Shown here piece after piece: positions 45,201-58,600 of a DNA stretch of 64,000 nucleotides. Location of the stretch: contig JBHGNT010000007.1 of NCBI GenBank assembly GCA_043228905.1, forward strand, positions 21,638,001 to 21,702,000. The letters are read 5' to 3'. Made by a program: the position numbers and the translations under genes. The notes under the pieces were generated by a model. It was not told where the DNA came from, ran no database searches, and saw nothing but the letters and a program-made list of their open reading frames with translations. Numbering within the stretch: position 1 is the stretch's first letter; each line of letters opens with the position of its first letter. This stretch comes from Azolla caroliniana (Eukaryota > Plantae > Polypodiophyta).

Positions 45201-48200
45201 AGGGTTAGGGTTTTAGGGTTTTTCCTCTCATCATTCAATAGTAATATACTTAGGGTTTAGGGTTTGTCCTCTTATCATTCAATAGGAATATCCAAGTAAA
45301 AATACCTGAATATGGACCTCCCCAGAAGTACACGGACATCGGGCCGAGCGATTGGAACCAGATGTCCTGGTTTTGGAGGACAAACGATATGATCGTGGCA
45401 TTGTGCACGTCCCACTCGGACACCCCGACGGGCGGGAAGATCAAGACATTCATCGTGTTGTATGAGACCTTGTTGTCCAGGTAAACCTGGCCCTTGTCCA
45501 ACGGGAGGCCACCCGTGAACTCACTGGCACGCCACATGCCTAGGAAATCCTTGGTCAAGCCCGACATGGCCGAAGGTGTCAACAAAGATAGGTTGAAGAC
45601 TTTCAATGCGTAGAAATGCCAGGTTCCGATCACGGGCCGGACACATTGGCACCCTTGGAAATGGTTAGGGTTTACGGAAAATGCCGGCCAACCTTGGCAG
45701 TGTGCACACCCGGGGACCTCGGGCGGGCCCCCGGTCCATGTAGGGATCGAGGTCACCGCCCCTTCTACAGGGACACCATAGTCTTGCACCGGAAGTAACG
45801 TGCACTCCAACGAATCCGAACTGTTGGTGTTACTGCAGTATGGATTCCCATACATTCTGTATCCAAACATATGCATATACATATATTAACGCCCCCGCAG
45901 CCTTGGAGAGAAATCGAAGAGATCTCTCCGGAAGTTTCTTCTCCGGGATTCTTCTTATATTAAATGATACTTAAACAAAAAGAAGGAAGATTTGTGTTGT
46001 TTTTTTAGCTTACATTAGTCTAAAGGATTCCCCATTGCTACCCAAGTCATAATCTCCGTGTTCCAGCCCCGTGATGCGATTGTTCGAGACATCGATGTAT
46101 GTCAATGCTGATGTGTCCTCGCCCGTTAGATTCAAGGTACCGATGAGGCTGTTCGATTCCAACATCCTAAATTACAGATTCCGATTCATTAACACACAGA
46201 TTCCGATTCCAACTTCCTAAAACACAGATTACAATTCATTAATACAGATGCCAATTCATTAACAAAGATGCCGATTCCAACTTCCTAAAACACAGATTCC
46301 GATTCATTAACAAAGATGACGATTCCAACTTCCTAAACCACAGATTCCAATTCATTAACACAGATTCTGATTCATTAACAAAGATTCCGATTCCAACATC
46401 CTAAAACACAGCTCCTGTTGAGTTGTTTTTTATCATAGATCAGGTTGAATATATTCATTCCTTCCTTAAAAAGACAATATGCCCCTAACATTCACAAAGA
46501 AATTCCATGGTGTCATGAACTTCAGCTGAAGAAACACTCTCATCAATGTCATGAGAGAGAGATTTAGAAGTTAAGACTTACACTCTTCTTAGCTTAGTAT
46601 TGTTCGAAAGGTTGGGTATCTCGCCCGTGAGCTGGTTGTGGTTCAACTGCCTGGTATTTACATAAACCACTTAACAAAACAGTCAAAAACCCTAAATACT
46701 TGCACAAATTACATTGAAGAAAGACAATTTTGTCGTCAATGATCATGTGTGTTAAGAGAAAAATTAAAGAATAGATTTTAATTCATGAGTACTGTAATGG
46801 CGTCGACATTACAAGGTGGTGAGGTTCTCGATGGTGTTGATCGTAGCTGGAATCGTGCCATTCAGAAAGTTGTAATCCAACCGTCTGCATGGATTTCAAT
46901 ATATCATATCGATTAGGGTTTCGTTAATCACCCCTAAAACTCAGATAATATTAATTGCATGGTAAGAAGAAGATCAAGATCAGATCACATTAACGGCATG
47001 GTAAGAAGATCAAGATTGGATCACTTCTCTAACACATTTTTTGCCAAAATTTGCCATCAAAATCAAACAAATTGGATCACATTTATAGCACGGTAAGAAG
47101 AAGATCAAGATCAGATCACTTTAGAATTTCTAACAGTTTTTTTGCCAATATTTGCTACCAGAATCAAACAAATTACATTCAATGCTAATGCAGCATCATC
47201 ACTCACATGATGTCCAGTTTCCGAAGATTGTTGATGTTACTTGGAATGTCCCCGGTGAGATTATTATGAGCCAACAACCTACATGTAATTAGAGGTAATA
47301 AGAACAGCCACATTATCATGTATTGAGAGAATATATTCGCACAATTATCGAAGAAGAAAGTTGAGCATACAAGTGTAACAGCCTCATGTATGGCTTGAAG
47401 AGGGAAGACGGTATAGTCCCCGTGAGTTGATTTCCTTGTAGATGCCTATAAAACCCGAAAAATGAACAAGGATCAAAATATATACTTATAATTATTACTG
47501 ATATATACATACATTTAACCATATTTGTATACACATATACAATTACAAAATATACATAAAGATTACATAATACACCAAAGCTTTAACTAATATCTTAATA
47601 TGAGATAATTATGATGATGATAAAATTACTACTGGATTTTTGTTTAGTAGTATTTAAGTGGTCTAGTGAATTACAAGTGTTCAGATATGTACAAAATATA
47701 CATGTAAATTACACCATATACCAAAGATTTAACTCATATCTTGATGTAAAATAATTATGATCATGATAAAATTACTACTGGATTTTTCTTTAGTAGTATC
47801 AAGTAAGTGGTCTGGTGAATTAAAAGTGTTCAGATATGTACAAAATATACATGTGAATTACATAATATACCAAAGATTTAACTCATATCTTAATGTGAAA
47901 TAATTATGATCATGATAAAGTTACTGCTGGATTTTTGTTTAATATTATCAAGTTAAGTGGTTTAGTGAATTACAAGTGTTCAGATATGTTCAGACTGTCC
48001 AAACCAACATGAATGTCGGTTGCATCCGAGACAGGGAGAGGCCCATCTAGTTTATTGTATGATACATCAAACCAAATCATATTTCTGAGGTAGCCCACTG
48101 TAGGTGGAATTGGTCCAGTAAAATTATTGCTAGACAAACCCCTGCACAAAGAGCTTAGAATTAGATTATGGAGATCAAATCAACTCAAAAATATTCTACA

Positions 48201-50701
48201 TTATCATCTCTAACTTCATCTTGATATATTTGATATATTTGGAGATCCTCATGGAAGAGGTTTAGATGGAACAATTAACTGATTTTAAAGATTCAGGCTT
48301 CCTAAATTATGTTGGAATTAAACTACACAAATCATTGTAAAGTTCGTTACCACATGATTATGAATCTCCTTTTCTGCATAAGCATCAACCTAATTTATGT
48401 TTGTCAAATGTATCATTTTGTTTAATGTGAAGGCTTAACATTGTTGCAGATTATACTAGAGGAACCATTTGTGGAACCAATTGTTCACTTTTACTGAGAG
48501 GTCCTATACTACTATTCTTAAAAAAAAAAGTTGATAGGTTTGGTTAAGATTCTGTATGCACATAGCAATTGAAATAGCCCTCAATAACTACATTCATTTT
48601 TATTTTTTACAGTTAATAGGTTTGGCTAAGATTCTGTATGCACATAGCAATTGAAATAGCCCTCAATAATTACATTCATTTTATAATCGGTACTGATTAG
48701 TCTTTGTAGTAAGTACACTAATTTGGTATTAATCGATATCACAGCTCGACATATATGGTAAATTCCCATGATTAAGATAGTGATTACATATTGACAATTT
48801 GTTATTACACCTGTGAATTCCCATCATTAGATTATATTAATATGGTAATTAGAAGATTCAATATAATTGCAGTGCACTTACAGGTATTGCAAATTGATCA
48901 TGTTGCCCACTTCACTCGGTATAGAACCCGTCATGTTGCAGTATTGAACATAACTAAAATGATTGCAATGTTTCAGGAAGATTAATACAACTAAAACAAT
49001 AGAGAGGAAGATTAACATTAATACAACTTTAGAGGAACATTAATAGGATCAGCTAATGCACTAATATGTGAGGGAAGATTATGACAGATGCAAACAATAA
49101 ATAAACAACACCATGACTACTTACAATCTTTCAATATATTGCAATTTCCCGATCTCTGCAGGCAATGAGCCCCCGAGTTTGCTATTGGATGAGAGATCTC
49201 TATATCATTGGATGGAAAACATAGTGATTACAGACGGCGCATTACATGATTAGTAATTAATACGAGATTCCATGAAGTGATTAGTATTTAATTATGATCT
49301 CTCAACAAGAATTATATACATTACAGAGATTTAGACCCACATATATTTCAGGTATGTCAAACTCCCGATGGCAGGCGAAATTGATCCACTCAAGTCTTGG
49401 TTCAACAGTAATCTGATAAAAAAAATTTATTCGCATCAGTTAAATACAGGTGGATAAAATCGTAGGAATAAACTAATGGGATTCACCACAGAATTCAATT
49501 ATGAAGCATCAAAAAAGTTATTTCATTGGAATCGATTAGCATAATTAATTAGTAGCATAAGATTAGTTGCACCATTCATGAATTGCTTACATGCTAGTAA
49601 CACAATTATGGCTGGAATTTAAAGCATAGATGATTAATTAATAGCATAAGATCGTGACTAGATTAGTTGCATCATTCATGAATTGCTTACATGCTGGTAA
49701 CACGATTATAGTTGGAATTTGTGTCGATTGTTGAATTACAACCGATTCCGATCCAGTTGTCATCACAAGGGTCTTTCGAGGAATCCCATTGCAAATTCGG
49801 ATTATTGTTCCATCCAGTATGTAATTTGATGAGTGCATCCACTACTCGATTGTCGATTCATAAACCATCCAATTAACAGAAAAAAACAGATAATGAGTAT
49901 TAAAATCCGGGGTTGTATTAAACAAGATGATGAGTAATTAATGAAATGGATATTAGATTAAGAAGGAAAAAATGGAACCAATAATGAAATAGATATTAGT
50001 TTAAGAAGGAAAAAATGGAACCAATAATGAAATAGATATTAGATTAAGAAGGAAAAAATGGAACCAATAATGAAATGGATATTAGATTACGCAGAAAAAA
50101 TGGAACCAATAATGAAATAGATATTAGATTAAGGAAAAAATGGAACCAATAATGAAATAGATATTAGATTAAGCAGAAAAAATGGAACCAATAATGAAAT
50201 AGATATTAGATTACGCAGAAAAAATGGAACCAATAATGAAATAGATATTAGATTAAGCAGAAAAAATGGAACCAATAATGAAATAGATATTAGATTACGC
50301 AGAAAAAATGGAACCAATAATGAAATAGATATTAGATTAAGAAGAAATAATGGAACCAATAATGAAATAGATATTAGATTAAGCAGAAAAAATAGAACCA
50401 ATAATGAAACAGATATTAGATTAAGCAGAAAAACTGGGACCAATAATGAAATAATAGATATTAGATTAAGAAGAAAAAATGGAACCAATAATGAAATAAT
50501 AGATATTAGATTAAGAAGAAAAAATGGAACCAATTTCATACCATCTGTAGGGTGAGTGACAGAGCTAACGAAATCGATGGGAAGCAGGAGGAAGAAATGG
50601 AAGGTGCAGATTAAAGCTAGGAACGATCTGGGGCATAGGAAATTAAGAGAGCCGCCATGGTTAGTCAGGCCCATGAGCCAGGGCCGTAGGGCTCGATTCA
50701 T
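42215..50701 (-). CDS. LRR receptor-like kinase, LRR-VIII-1 (HPCA1/CARD1-like), 17 exons, ~1002 aa (RLK2), paralog of RLK1
   Basis: Exons 50701-50542, 49841-49691, 49412-49341, 49199-49125, 48953-48882, 48141-47974, 47445-47371, 47278-47207, 46884-46813, 46650-46582, 46166-46014, 45856-45306, 45052-44900, 44623-44487, 43674-43455, 43316-43078, 42784-42215. All GT-AG with consistent phases. Kinase motifs [24 protein letters not shown]. Confidence 0.9.
43695..44265. repeat. Degenerate intronic tandem repeat (RLK2 intron 14)
   Basis: About eight copies of AACCTTTGTGATTCA..GGTTTTGTTGATTAAAATGC. Confidence 0.88.
46150..46410 (-). repeat. Tandem repeat that duplicates the exon-11 acceptor of RLK2
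   Basis: On the minus strand TTTAG|GA(T/A)GTTGGAATCG occurs five times; only the last copy continues as coding exon. Confidence 0.85.
47540..47990 (-). repeat. ~150-bp x3 repeat including the exon-6 donor of RLK2
   Basis: ACATATCTGAACACTT|GTAATTCAC appears three times; one copy has GT changed to TT. Confidence 0.85.
49940..50535. repeat. 42/45-bp minisatellite (~14 copies) in RLK2 intron 1
   Basis: AAAAAATGGAACCAATAATGAAATAGATATTAGATTAAGCAG units. Confidence 0.95.
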
Positions 50702-51429
50702 GGCAATTATTATCTGATTATATCACCATTAACAGCAACAGAATCAGCTAATTGCTCTGTTTTATTTACTTTTTATTATTTACTACTATAGTTATCATCA
50801 CCAGGGAGGCAGATGTGAAATTTAACTGCCCACAATGGTCCCATTAATTTCTCGGACAAACATAGATAGAGAGAATCTTTATATATATATATATATATAT
50901 ATGCATACATAATTTGTTTATTCATTTTATTTTTCAGAGGAAAAATCTGACTTTTGAAATTAGCAAGAGGCACAACAAAATAACAAAATAACAAATATTA
51001 AATATTATTGTTATTAATATAAGTGGAAATAACAGAAATTAATGTCTTAAAATGAAACCCAAAACATATAACAGCAATAATAATAATAATAAATTAGCAA
51101 GAGACACAACAAAAAAAACAAAATATTAAATTGATGTTAAATATTATTATTATTATCAGTAGCAATAACAGAAATTTATGTCTTAAAATGAAACCCAAAA
51201 AATATAACAGCAATAATAATAATAATAGCAAGAAGAAGAAGAAGAAGCATGGTAGAAAATTTTATGCCTGAAAATGAAACCCTAAAAACAAAATCCAAGA
51301 AAGAAAAAATGAAGAAAATAAGAAGTCCAAGAAACAGGGGATTTCTTTCATAAGACTGGTATGGTGGGGCTTTCTTTCTTGAGCCTTGAGTTGCTACTTT
51401 TGTTTCTCTTTTCAGATAGAATCTGGTTC

Positions 51430-52020
51430 TCCCATACATATACATACATACCTATACATACATATATATTGTATGTATACATATATATACATAGTACATA
51501 TTGTATGTATAGGTATGTATATATGTATTGTATGTATACATATATCTATGTATATGTGGTGTATATACATACATATTGTATTTATAGGTATGTATGTATA
51601 CACTTTGAAAGGACATTGTTGGAGATAGGAAGACAACATGTATGTATGTGTAGAAATGGACACTATGAATAAATACATTGTATCATATACATAAACACAC
51701 AGTATGTTGTAGGATATATGTATTTGGTATTTTGTATGTATTCATTCTCTCCATTTCTATACATATACACATAAACTACATAAACATTCAGTATGTTGTA
51801 GGATATGTATTTTGTATTTTGTATGTATTCATTGTCTCCATTTCTATACATATACACATAAACTACATAAACATTCAGCATGTTGTATGTACATATATGT
51901 ATTTATTCATGGTGTCCATTTCTATACATATACATATACATGAACTACATAAACACACAATATGTTGTAAACTTGTTTGTATATGTATTTATTCATTGTT
52001 GTCCATTTCTACACATACAT
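51430..52020. repeat. AT-rich low-complexity and degenerate tandem repeats
   Basis: TATGTATA tracts and repeated CATTTCTATACATATACACATAAACTACATAAAC. Confidence 0.75.
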
Positions 52021-53589
52021 GCTGTCTCCTTTCAAAGTTGCATTTTGTTGGTTCGTTGTGTGTTGTATGTGTGCATGCGCGTCTATAACCTCCAAAACTA
52101 GGAGCTTTCCAAAATGCATACATATCGCCTCCTTCGCACTCGATCGCAGGTATAATTTCATGGAAGAGAAAATATTACTTTGGTTTAGCTAGTTATAGTT
52201 TGCACGTGGGAGAAGTTCGTGAAGGAAATCCGTGTGGGGGTAGTAACAGTGATAGTACCTACATTGCTCATGGTCAAAGTCATTGATTCAAAGACGTTTG
52301 CTTGATCGTCTACTAGAAAACATCTTGCTTGAAGACATGATTAAGAACAAGTGTTGAGGCAAATATAATAGAATAGACTTTTTATCATCTATTAGGTGCC
52401 CAAATTTAGCCTATGGGACCAAATCAACCGTATTGTCTAATTGTATATGACTCCTTCCTAAGCAAGGGCGTTTACCACTATGTAACACAAATTCTAATAT
52501 ATGAAAATCATGCTACATATGTGTTCACCACCCTACTCGGTGGAAATTTGAGTACCACACTTCCATGCCAGTTTAACAAGCCACCATACTTCATGTGAAT
52601 TACCTCATATATTGTGATGTGGCATCTGCAAAGGGGAAAAAGTGATTGAAACCCAAATTCTATAGTAGATCAAGATTGTAGAGAAAGAAGACCTAGAACG
52701 AAAAGGTGATGAAATGGAGGTTAAATCAACCACCAAAACTACAAATTATAAGACCTCCCTAATTGAGCAAAAGGGTGAAGAGTTGAAATGTCCTTGCTAG
52801 GGGTGATGGATAAAAAAGTTGAAATACAATGCTGCCACAAAGAAGCAAGTAGCATATTTAGATATGTCGACCAACATTTTGCTAGCAATAGACCTCATGC
52901 ACTAATAAGATCAAGTGCTGTGTTAAAAGAAAATGTAGTATTGCTATAAAATAAGGATACTAAGAACTTATTGTCAAGCTCATTGTTATAGGAATTTGAA
53001 AACCCAGACTTCGATGAAATTCAATTAATGGGAAACCACATCATGAGGGGGCCGACGTGAGGGAGTCCTACCACAACAAAAGACGACATGGTCGTCAATC
53101 ATGGATTCGCCACGCCAAACTCAAGGATATTATCCCAATATTTTTCTTTATCTTACTAAGGTAAAAGGGTTACTTGATATAAATTCTGATATAATCTTCA
53201 TTTATTCCTCCCCGAATTTGATGTAATCTACATGAAATATAACCACAATGTAGATATGAGTTTTCTGCATAGAGAACAAACACCTACAAGTGCATTCACG
53301 CAACTAAAGAAGACAAGGTTTGATCGCATGTTATAACAAACATCATCCCTCGCAACCCTTCATCGATGATGTCATCATTATATCAATCTTGGGATGGTAC
53401 CACTCCCCATTGAGACCATGGCCATGGATAGGGTTATTGAATACATGCTTAAGGTTTTGAAAAGTTCCTCATGTCGACTTCCTAGAATCACATGAGAAAC
53501 ACACAAAATTATGATTCCAAAAGACAAATAAACACAACATGTATCCTTTTAGTAGGTGCAAGATATGGAAAAATGGTTTTGTAAGACAA

Positions 53590-54560
53590 GATGCAACACA
53601 CTTGCTTCAACATCAATAAATTCCTCTGCGAAGGAGACATTTTTGCAACACTAATGCATCAGGACATGCAAAAATGTGGAGGCTCATGTTCCACACACTA
53701 TACTATATATGTTGCACCTAACTGCAGAACTATGTTGTTTGCCAAATGCGGAGACTGTAGACATCAATAAATGTTGGAGCCCATCCCATTGTCTATCATT
53801 AAAACCATTGATTTCATGTGACTTAGCTCACATTCACTACAATGTGAGATAGGGTGTTGTGCACAAGTGATGAGAGTAATCGGCCATGCACACATTGCCC
53901 AAACAAGTTCAAGAGTCTAAGTATCAATATTGCTTTGCCTTTGATCACATTTGCCAATCCTTTCTACTCATCTTCAACCAAAACCAATCCTTACACAAAC
54001 TTCTCTCACAACCATGGTGCGCAATCTCAATTGTGACATTCATAAGTTCATGAATATCCTCCTACTTCTTGAGATGGATCACTTCCCATTGAAATCATTG
54101 CCATGAAAAGGGTTTTCAAGTACATGCCAAATGTTCAACAATGTCCCCCACATTGACTTCAAACACTCTCTTGGTAAGCAAACAAAAAGATCTAAAACAC
54201 ATGAAAGCAAAATTTTGTGTTCCAATTGAGAAAAGTGTGGAGGCTCACTCTTCACACATTATACCACATATGTTGCACCTAACTACTAAACTATGTTCTT
54301 CGTTGGGCAAGGGAATCACACATCAATATATTTTAGACTAGCTCATCCCTTTGTCTACTATTTGAACCATTGTTTCCATGTGGCTTAGTGCATGCTCAAT
54401 ACGATATGAGACATGGTGCTCTAGCATAAGTGCCACAATTTGATACAATGCTCTATGCCTTCGATCACATCCTACCATGCTTTCACACATTTGACCAAAC
54501 CCAATCCTTGCACAAATTTCTCTCGAGTCACAACATGCACTCAAAATTGCAACATTCATC
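53590..54560. repeat. Old, diverged ~560-bp tandem duplication (possibly TE-derived)
   Basis: TGTGGAGGCTCA...ATATGTTGCACCTAACT...AACTATGTT at ~53675 and ~54236; AACC(C)AATCCTT.CACAAA at ~53985 and ~54500. Confidence 0.6.
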
Positions 54561-54857
54561 AGTAAAGGTCTTGAACATCGAGAATCACTTCTCTCACATG
54601 TATTACGTGAAAATGTTATTTATTTGTTCTTATAGCTCATATTTGATCTCAAAAGACAATATTAAAATCTATCTCACTCTCAACCATTCATGCTCACATT
54701 GTGCTTCTGATTCATGGTATATTTGGCCTAAAATTTTGAAAAATGGGGTATGACCTTCCACTTGCTAAATTTTTCAAAATTAGTACCAATTGTAGTAGCA
54801 TACGATATGCCCATAATCTTGAGTACTATATCAAGAACAAATGCTAAAACAGTGGAG

Positions 54858-55173
54858 AAACTTAAATCAGCCTTGTAAAACAAAAAAATTATCCAATTAT
54901 ATCAAGATGTGCTTGAAGCAATGTCTAAACTTAAATCAGCCTTGTAAAACAAAAAAATTATGCAATTATATCAAGATGTGCTTGAAGCAATGTCTAAACT
55001 TAAATCAGCCTTGTAAAACAAAAAATTTATCCAATTATATCAAGATGTGCTTGAAGCAATGTCTAAACTTAAATCAGCCTTGTAAAACAAAAAATTTATC
55101 CAATTATATCAAGATGTGCTTGAAGCAATGTCTAAACTTAAATCAGCCTTGTAAAACAAAAAATTTATCCAAT
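54858..55173. repeat. 69-bp minisatellite, ~4.6 copies
   Basis: AAACTTAAATCAGCCTTGTAAAACAAAAAA...TGTGCTTGAAGCAATGTCT. Confidence 0.95.
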
Positions 55174-55692
55174 TTTGGGAGTGGCTCACATCAGATACGC
55201 AAAATTGACCTAAGTTTCCAGCTTTAAAATCTGAAAATCGTCCTTTTAAATGTCAAAATATACAATTTCTTATTTCTCTACAAAGAGATGTGATACACAT
55301 GTACAAATACATATTCTTAATCCTCCCAAGCATCGCTATCATCAATGACATACCTCTCAATGCTGTTGTACAGTAGCTGACTATGAAGCTTCATTACCAT
55401 CATGCACAAAAACCTCTTTCCTTGTACATATGAAACCATGCCAATTTGTTCCTGTTTGTGGTTAATCTACATAAATTTGAAGATCTATATCAAAGCATTT
55501 GATTTCATTGTAACTGAATTAACTGAACATGGTTGAGAGATGAAGAATTGTAAGAGTATGTGCATATGATGGAATGCACTTCGGAAAATTCACACCAATA
55601 ATCTGCTTGGTGTTGTATTCCACGTGTATCTAATTATTAGCAAAAGTATATTATAGAGGAATACCCCAATAAACAATCAACAAATGGCTTGA

Positions 55693-58600
55693 TTAATGCC
55701 GCTTCATCTCTTTGAATGTGGCTGTGGCTGAGGGAGATATTCTTGTCAGATTGCGGAAGACCTGAACATCAAACAATAAAATATATGTTTTTTATTAAGA
55801 GAACAATGTTCGATTTAGTTCAAGACATAAACGTTCCAATTTTGATAATACATATTAGTTGTAGAAGAGCTATACTTCAACATTGATCTCTTAAAAAGTG
55901 CGTTGGAATCTTTTCTTTTGCCAGAAAAATTTAAAGGTCTAAATCTCTGTGTGTGTGTGTGTGTACATATTCCTTTTTTCTACCCACAAGTGGAGGGCAA
56001 GTAAATACTTCCATAACACATCTTAGCCGTGTTCCATGTTTAGAATAGCATAATAATCCTATTCAACTGACTTGTGAATTACGGCAAGAAAGAGTCTTAT
56101 TGGAAAGGAGAAAACGAAAAAAGAAATGGTAAAAGAATATGAAGCTATTCGTCAATCTTTGAAACAATAAATCAGGATCAGTTCATCAATCCAGCAAAAG
56201 ATAGAAATTTCTAAGCAGCTGCAATCTTTGCTGTGTAATAGCACACCTACTCATCTAAGAGATGGTTGATATAAGAGTATCTTATCAAAAAACAAATCCT
56301 ACAAAATTCAATCAGCCATTGGTTTTACTCGTGGGAAATCATTTAACTTCTACTTGTTATTCGTATTTGAGGTCTAGAGATGATGAATGCACAATGGATG
56401 TTGTTATTCCAATTAACATCAATAGATATTTATGTAAAGGAAAGAAAACAGACTAGACTTCTAGGTTGTCAGTTGCAAATAATAGGTTCAATGCCAACAC
56501 ACCGTTATTTATGTACTTCCCTTCTCTTATGACACTACAATTTTCTTTAATTTTTCACTTTCTCTCCAATATCAGTTAATATCGGGCAAGTTGCATGGCC
56601 AGTGTTAGTATTTGAGGTCTAGGGATGATGAATGCACAATGGATGTTGTTATTCCAATTAACATCAATAGACATTTATGTAAAGGAAAGAAAACAGACTA
56701 GACTTCTAGGTTGTCAGTTGCAAATAATAGGTTCAATGCCAACACACTGTTATTTATGTACTTCCCTTCCTTTATGACACTACAATTTTCTTTAATTTTT
56801 CACTCTCTCCAAGATCAGTTAATATCGGGCAAGTTGCATGGCCAGTGTGGAATGGCCGAGCATCAATGGTCCTTAGAGAAGAACCAAAGACCAGCAGGTC
56901 CCTGGATGACCATGTGGCCAGTCCAGTTAGCATTGGGCTATGATGTGTCTAGAGGTGTCTGCATCCAATCATAAAGTTATGCCTTATTAAAGTTCTTTAG
57001 GTTACGCTCTACATAAGACCATTTGAAATTATTAAGTCAATGGATCAGTATGTAGGCCACAGTAGCTTTCTGAAGAGGTCAAATTTGGCAGCAGAAGCAA
57101 GATTTCCCTTATTCAAACAACGCTTTTGATGTAGAGCTTGAAACCCAGCTTTGAACTTAATGGGGAATCATTTTAGAGTGTTAAATGCAGAATGTGAAAT
57201 TACATCTTAGTTAATCCACAATCTAGAGGTGTTTCTTAACAGAGGCTTCTCCAATAGTGAAATTTTAGCTGATTTGGTTTTCTTGCCAAAACATTCCACC
57301 ACCAGCCCATTTCATTAAACATGATCAACACATAAAAACCGTAAAGGTGAACTGTCAAAATAATTATGTCTCAATACTCACAGAAACCCTTAACGAGAAG
57401 AGACCAGAAACATACCCAAAGCTTAAAGCAAGCATCTATTGTGACCGGAACTATGGCTACAAAAATGTAGATGGAGGCTTTTTCCACCTCCAATCCATAA
57501 TGCTCTAAGAATATCTCCACCACTGTCTCCCAACCAGTTTCAGAATGATATCTGCAGAAATAAATAATTTAGGTTTTATTCTCTACCCAAAATGAACATA
57601 TAACACAATTACCTTCTAATTTGTTTCATGCGCAGAGGCTTTCAATAAATAGTGTAATTTTTTTGAAAATGAGAAGATTTAGTTAATTGCTCCTTTTTAG
57701 ATCATCAGATGAGACTTTTTCCCCTTTTAATAGAGGAAACTCCAAATTTGAAATGTCTACCCTACACCAATATACCATTACAAGTCAATCGGTAAAAGTT
57801 GCATATAGGAATCATACATCAACAGTAATTTGTGATTCAAGGATGGTAAAAATCAAATTGGCAAAAGTAGTGGATAGGATTCATGCATTAAAAGTGGGAA
57901 GGAAACAAAGATTTAAACGTCTCCAAAAGATCATAATGACCTACGAGACATAAGAGAGAGAAATATTTAAGCAGCTAAAATGTCAATGAGACCAAACAAG
58001 AGATTACATCTTATATTGTCGTCTCATCTTTGAGAACTAACCAAAATAAATATAAGTAGATTAAAAAATGTTAGCTTAGCACTTCACATTGGGCGCTTAG
58101 AGGGAGTAAAACTTCTGCATTCAAATATCACCAATATGAACCAATCCTAGAAGGAGAGGTCTCCAAAGTGAGGAAATGAGCTTCAGTGACAAGTGATAAT
58201 GGCAACAAGAAATTGTCAGATTGGTATCGCCACAGGAATTCTTTGGTTTATGAAGCGGACGCATGCTGGAATTTGGAATTGTGAAATTTCCTTTTTGGGG
58301 CAGATGGCATTCGCGGATTATCAGCCAGGCCTCACACAACATATCTCATTCTGTTTATCTTGTCAGAAAAACACATCTCTGTCCACATGCTAACAAGACG
58401 TAGTCAAGTCCTCAGCCCTTGTACATATTAATATTGGGACAGTTTTGACTTTCAAATAGGGAGGGCCAGTGGATTGGAGGAATCTACCCCATGAGGTGTC
58501 TTCCATGCATTGTCGATAAATATCTATATAATGATAGGTTCTCTATAAGGCAAAGTTCTTACAGTGCAGATGAGAGCTTAGGACTATTCCATTTCTTAAA

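Noticed and set aside
54841-55227. 128-aa repeat ORF or CRISPR-like array
   Set aside because: Head-to-tail 69-bp minisatellite with no unique spacers and no cas genes, in a eukaryotic context.
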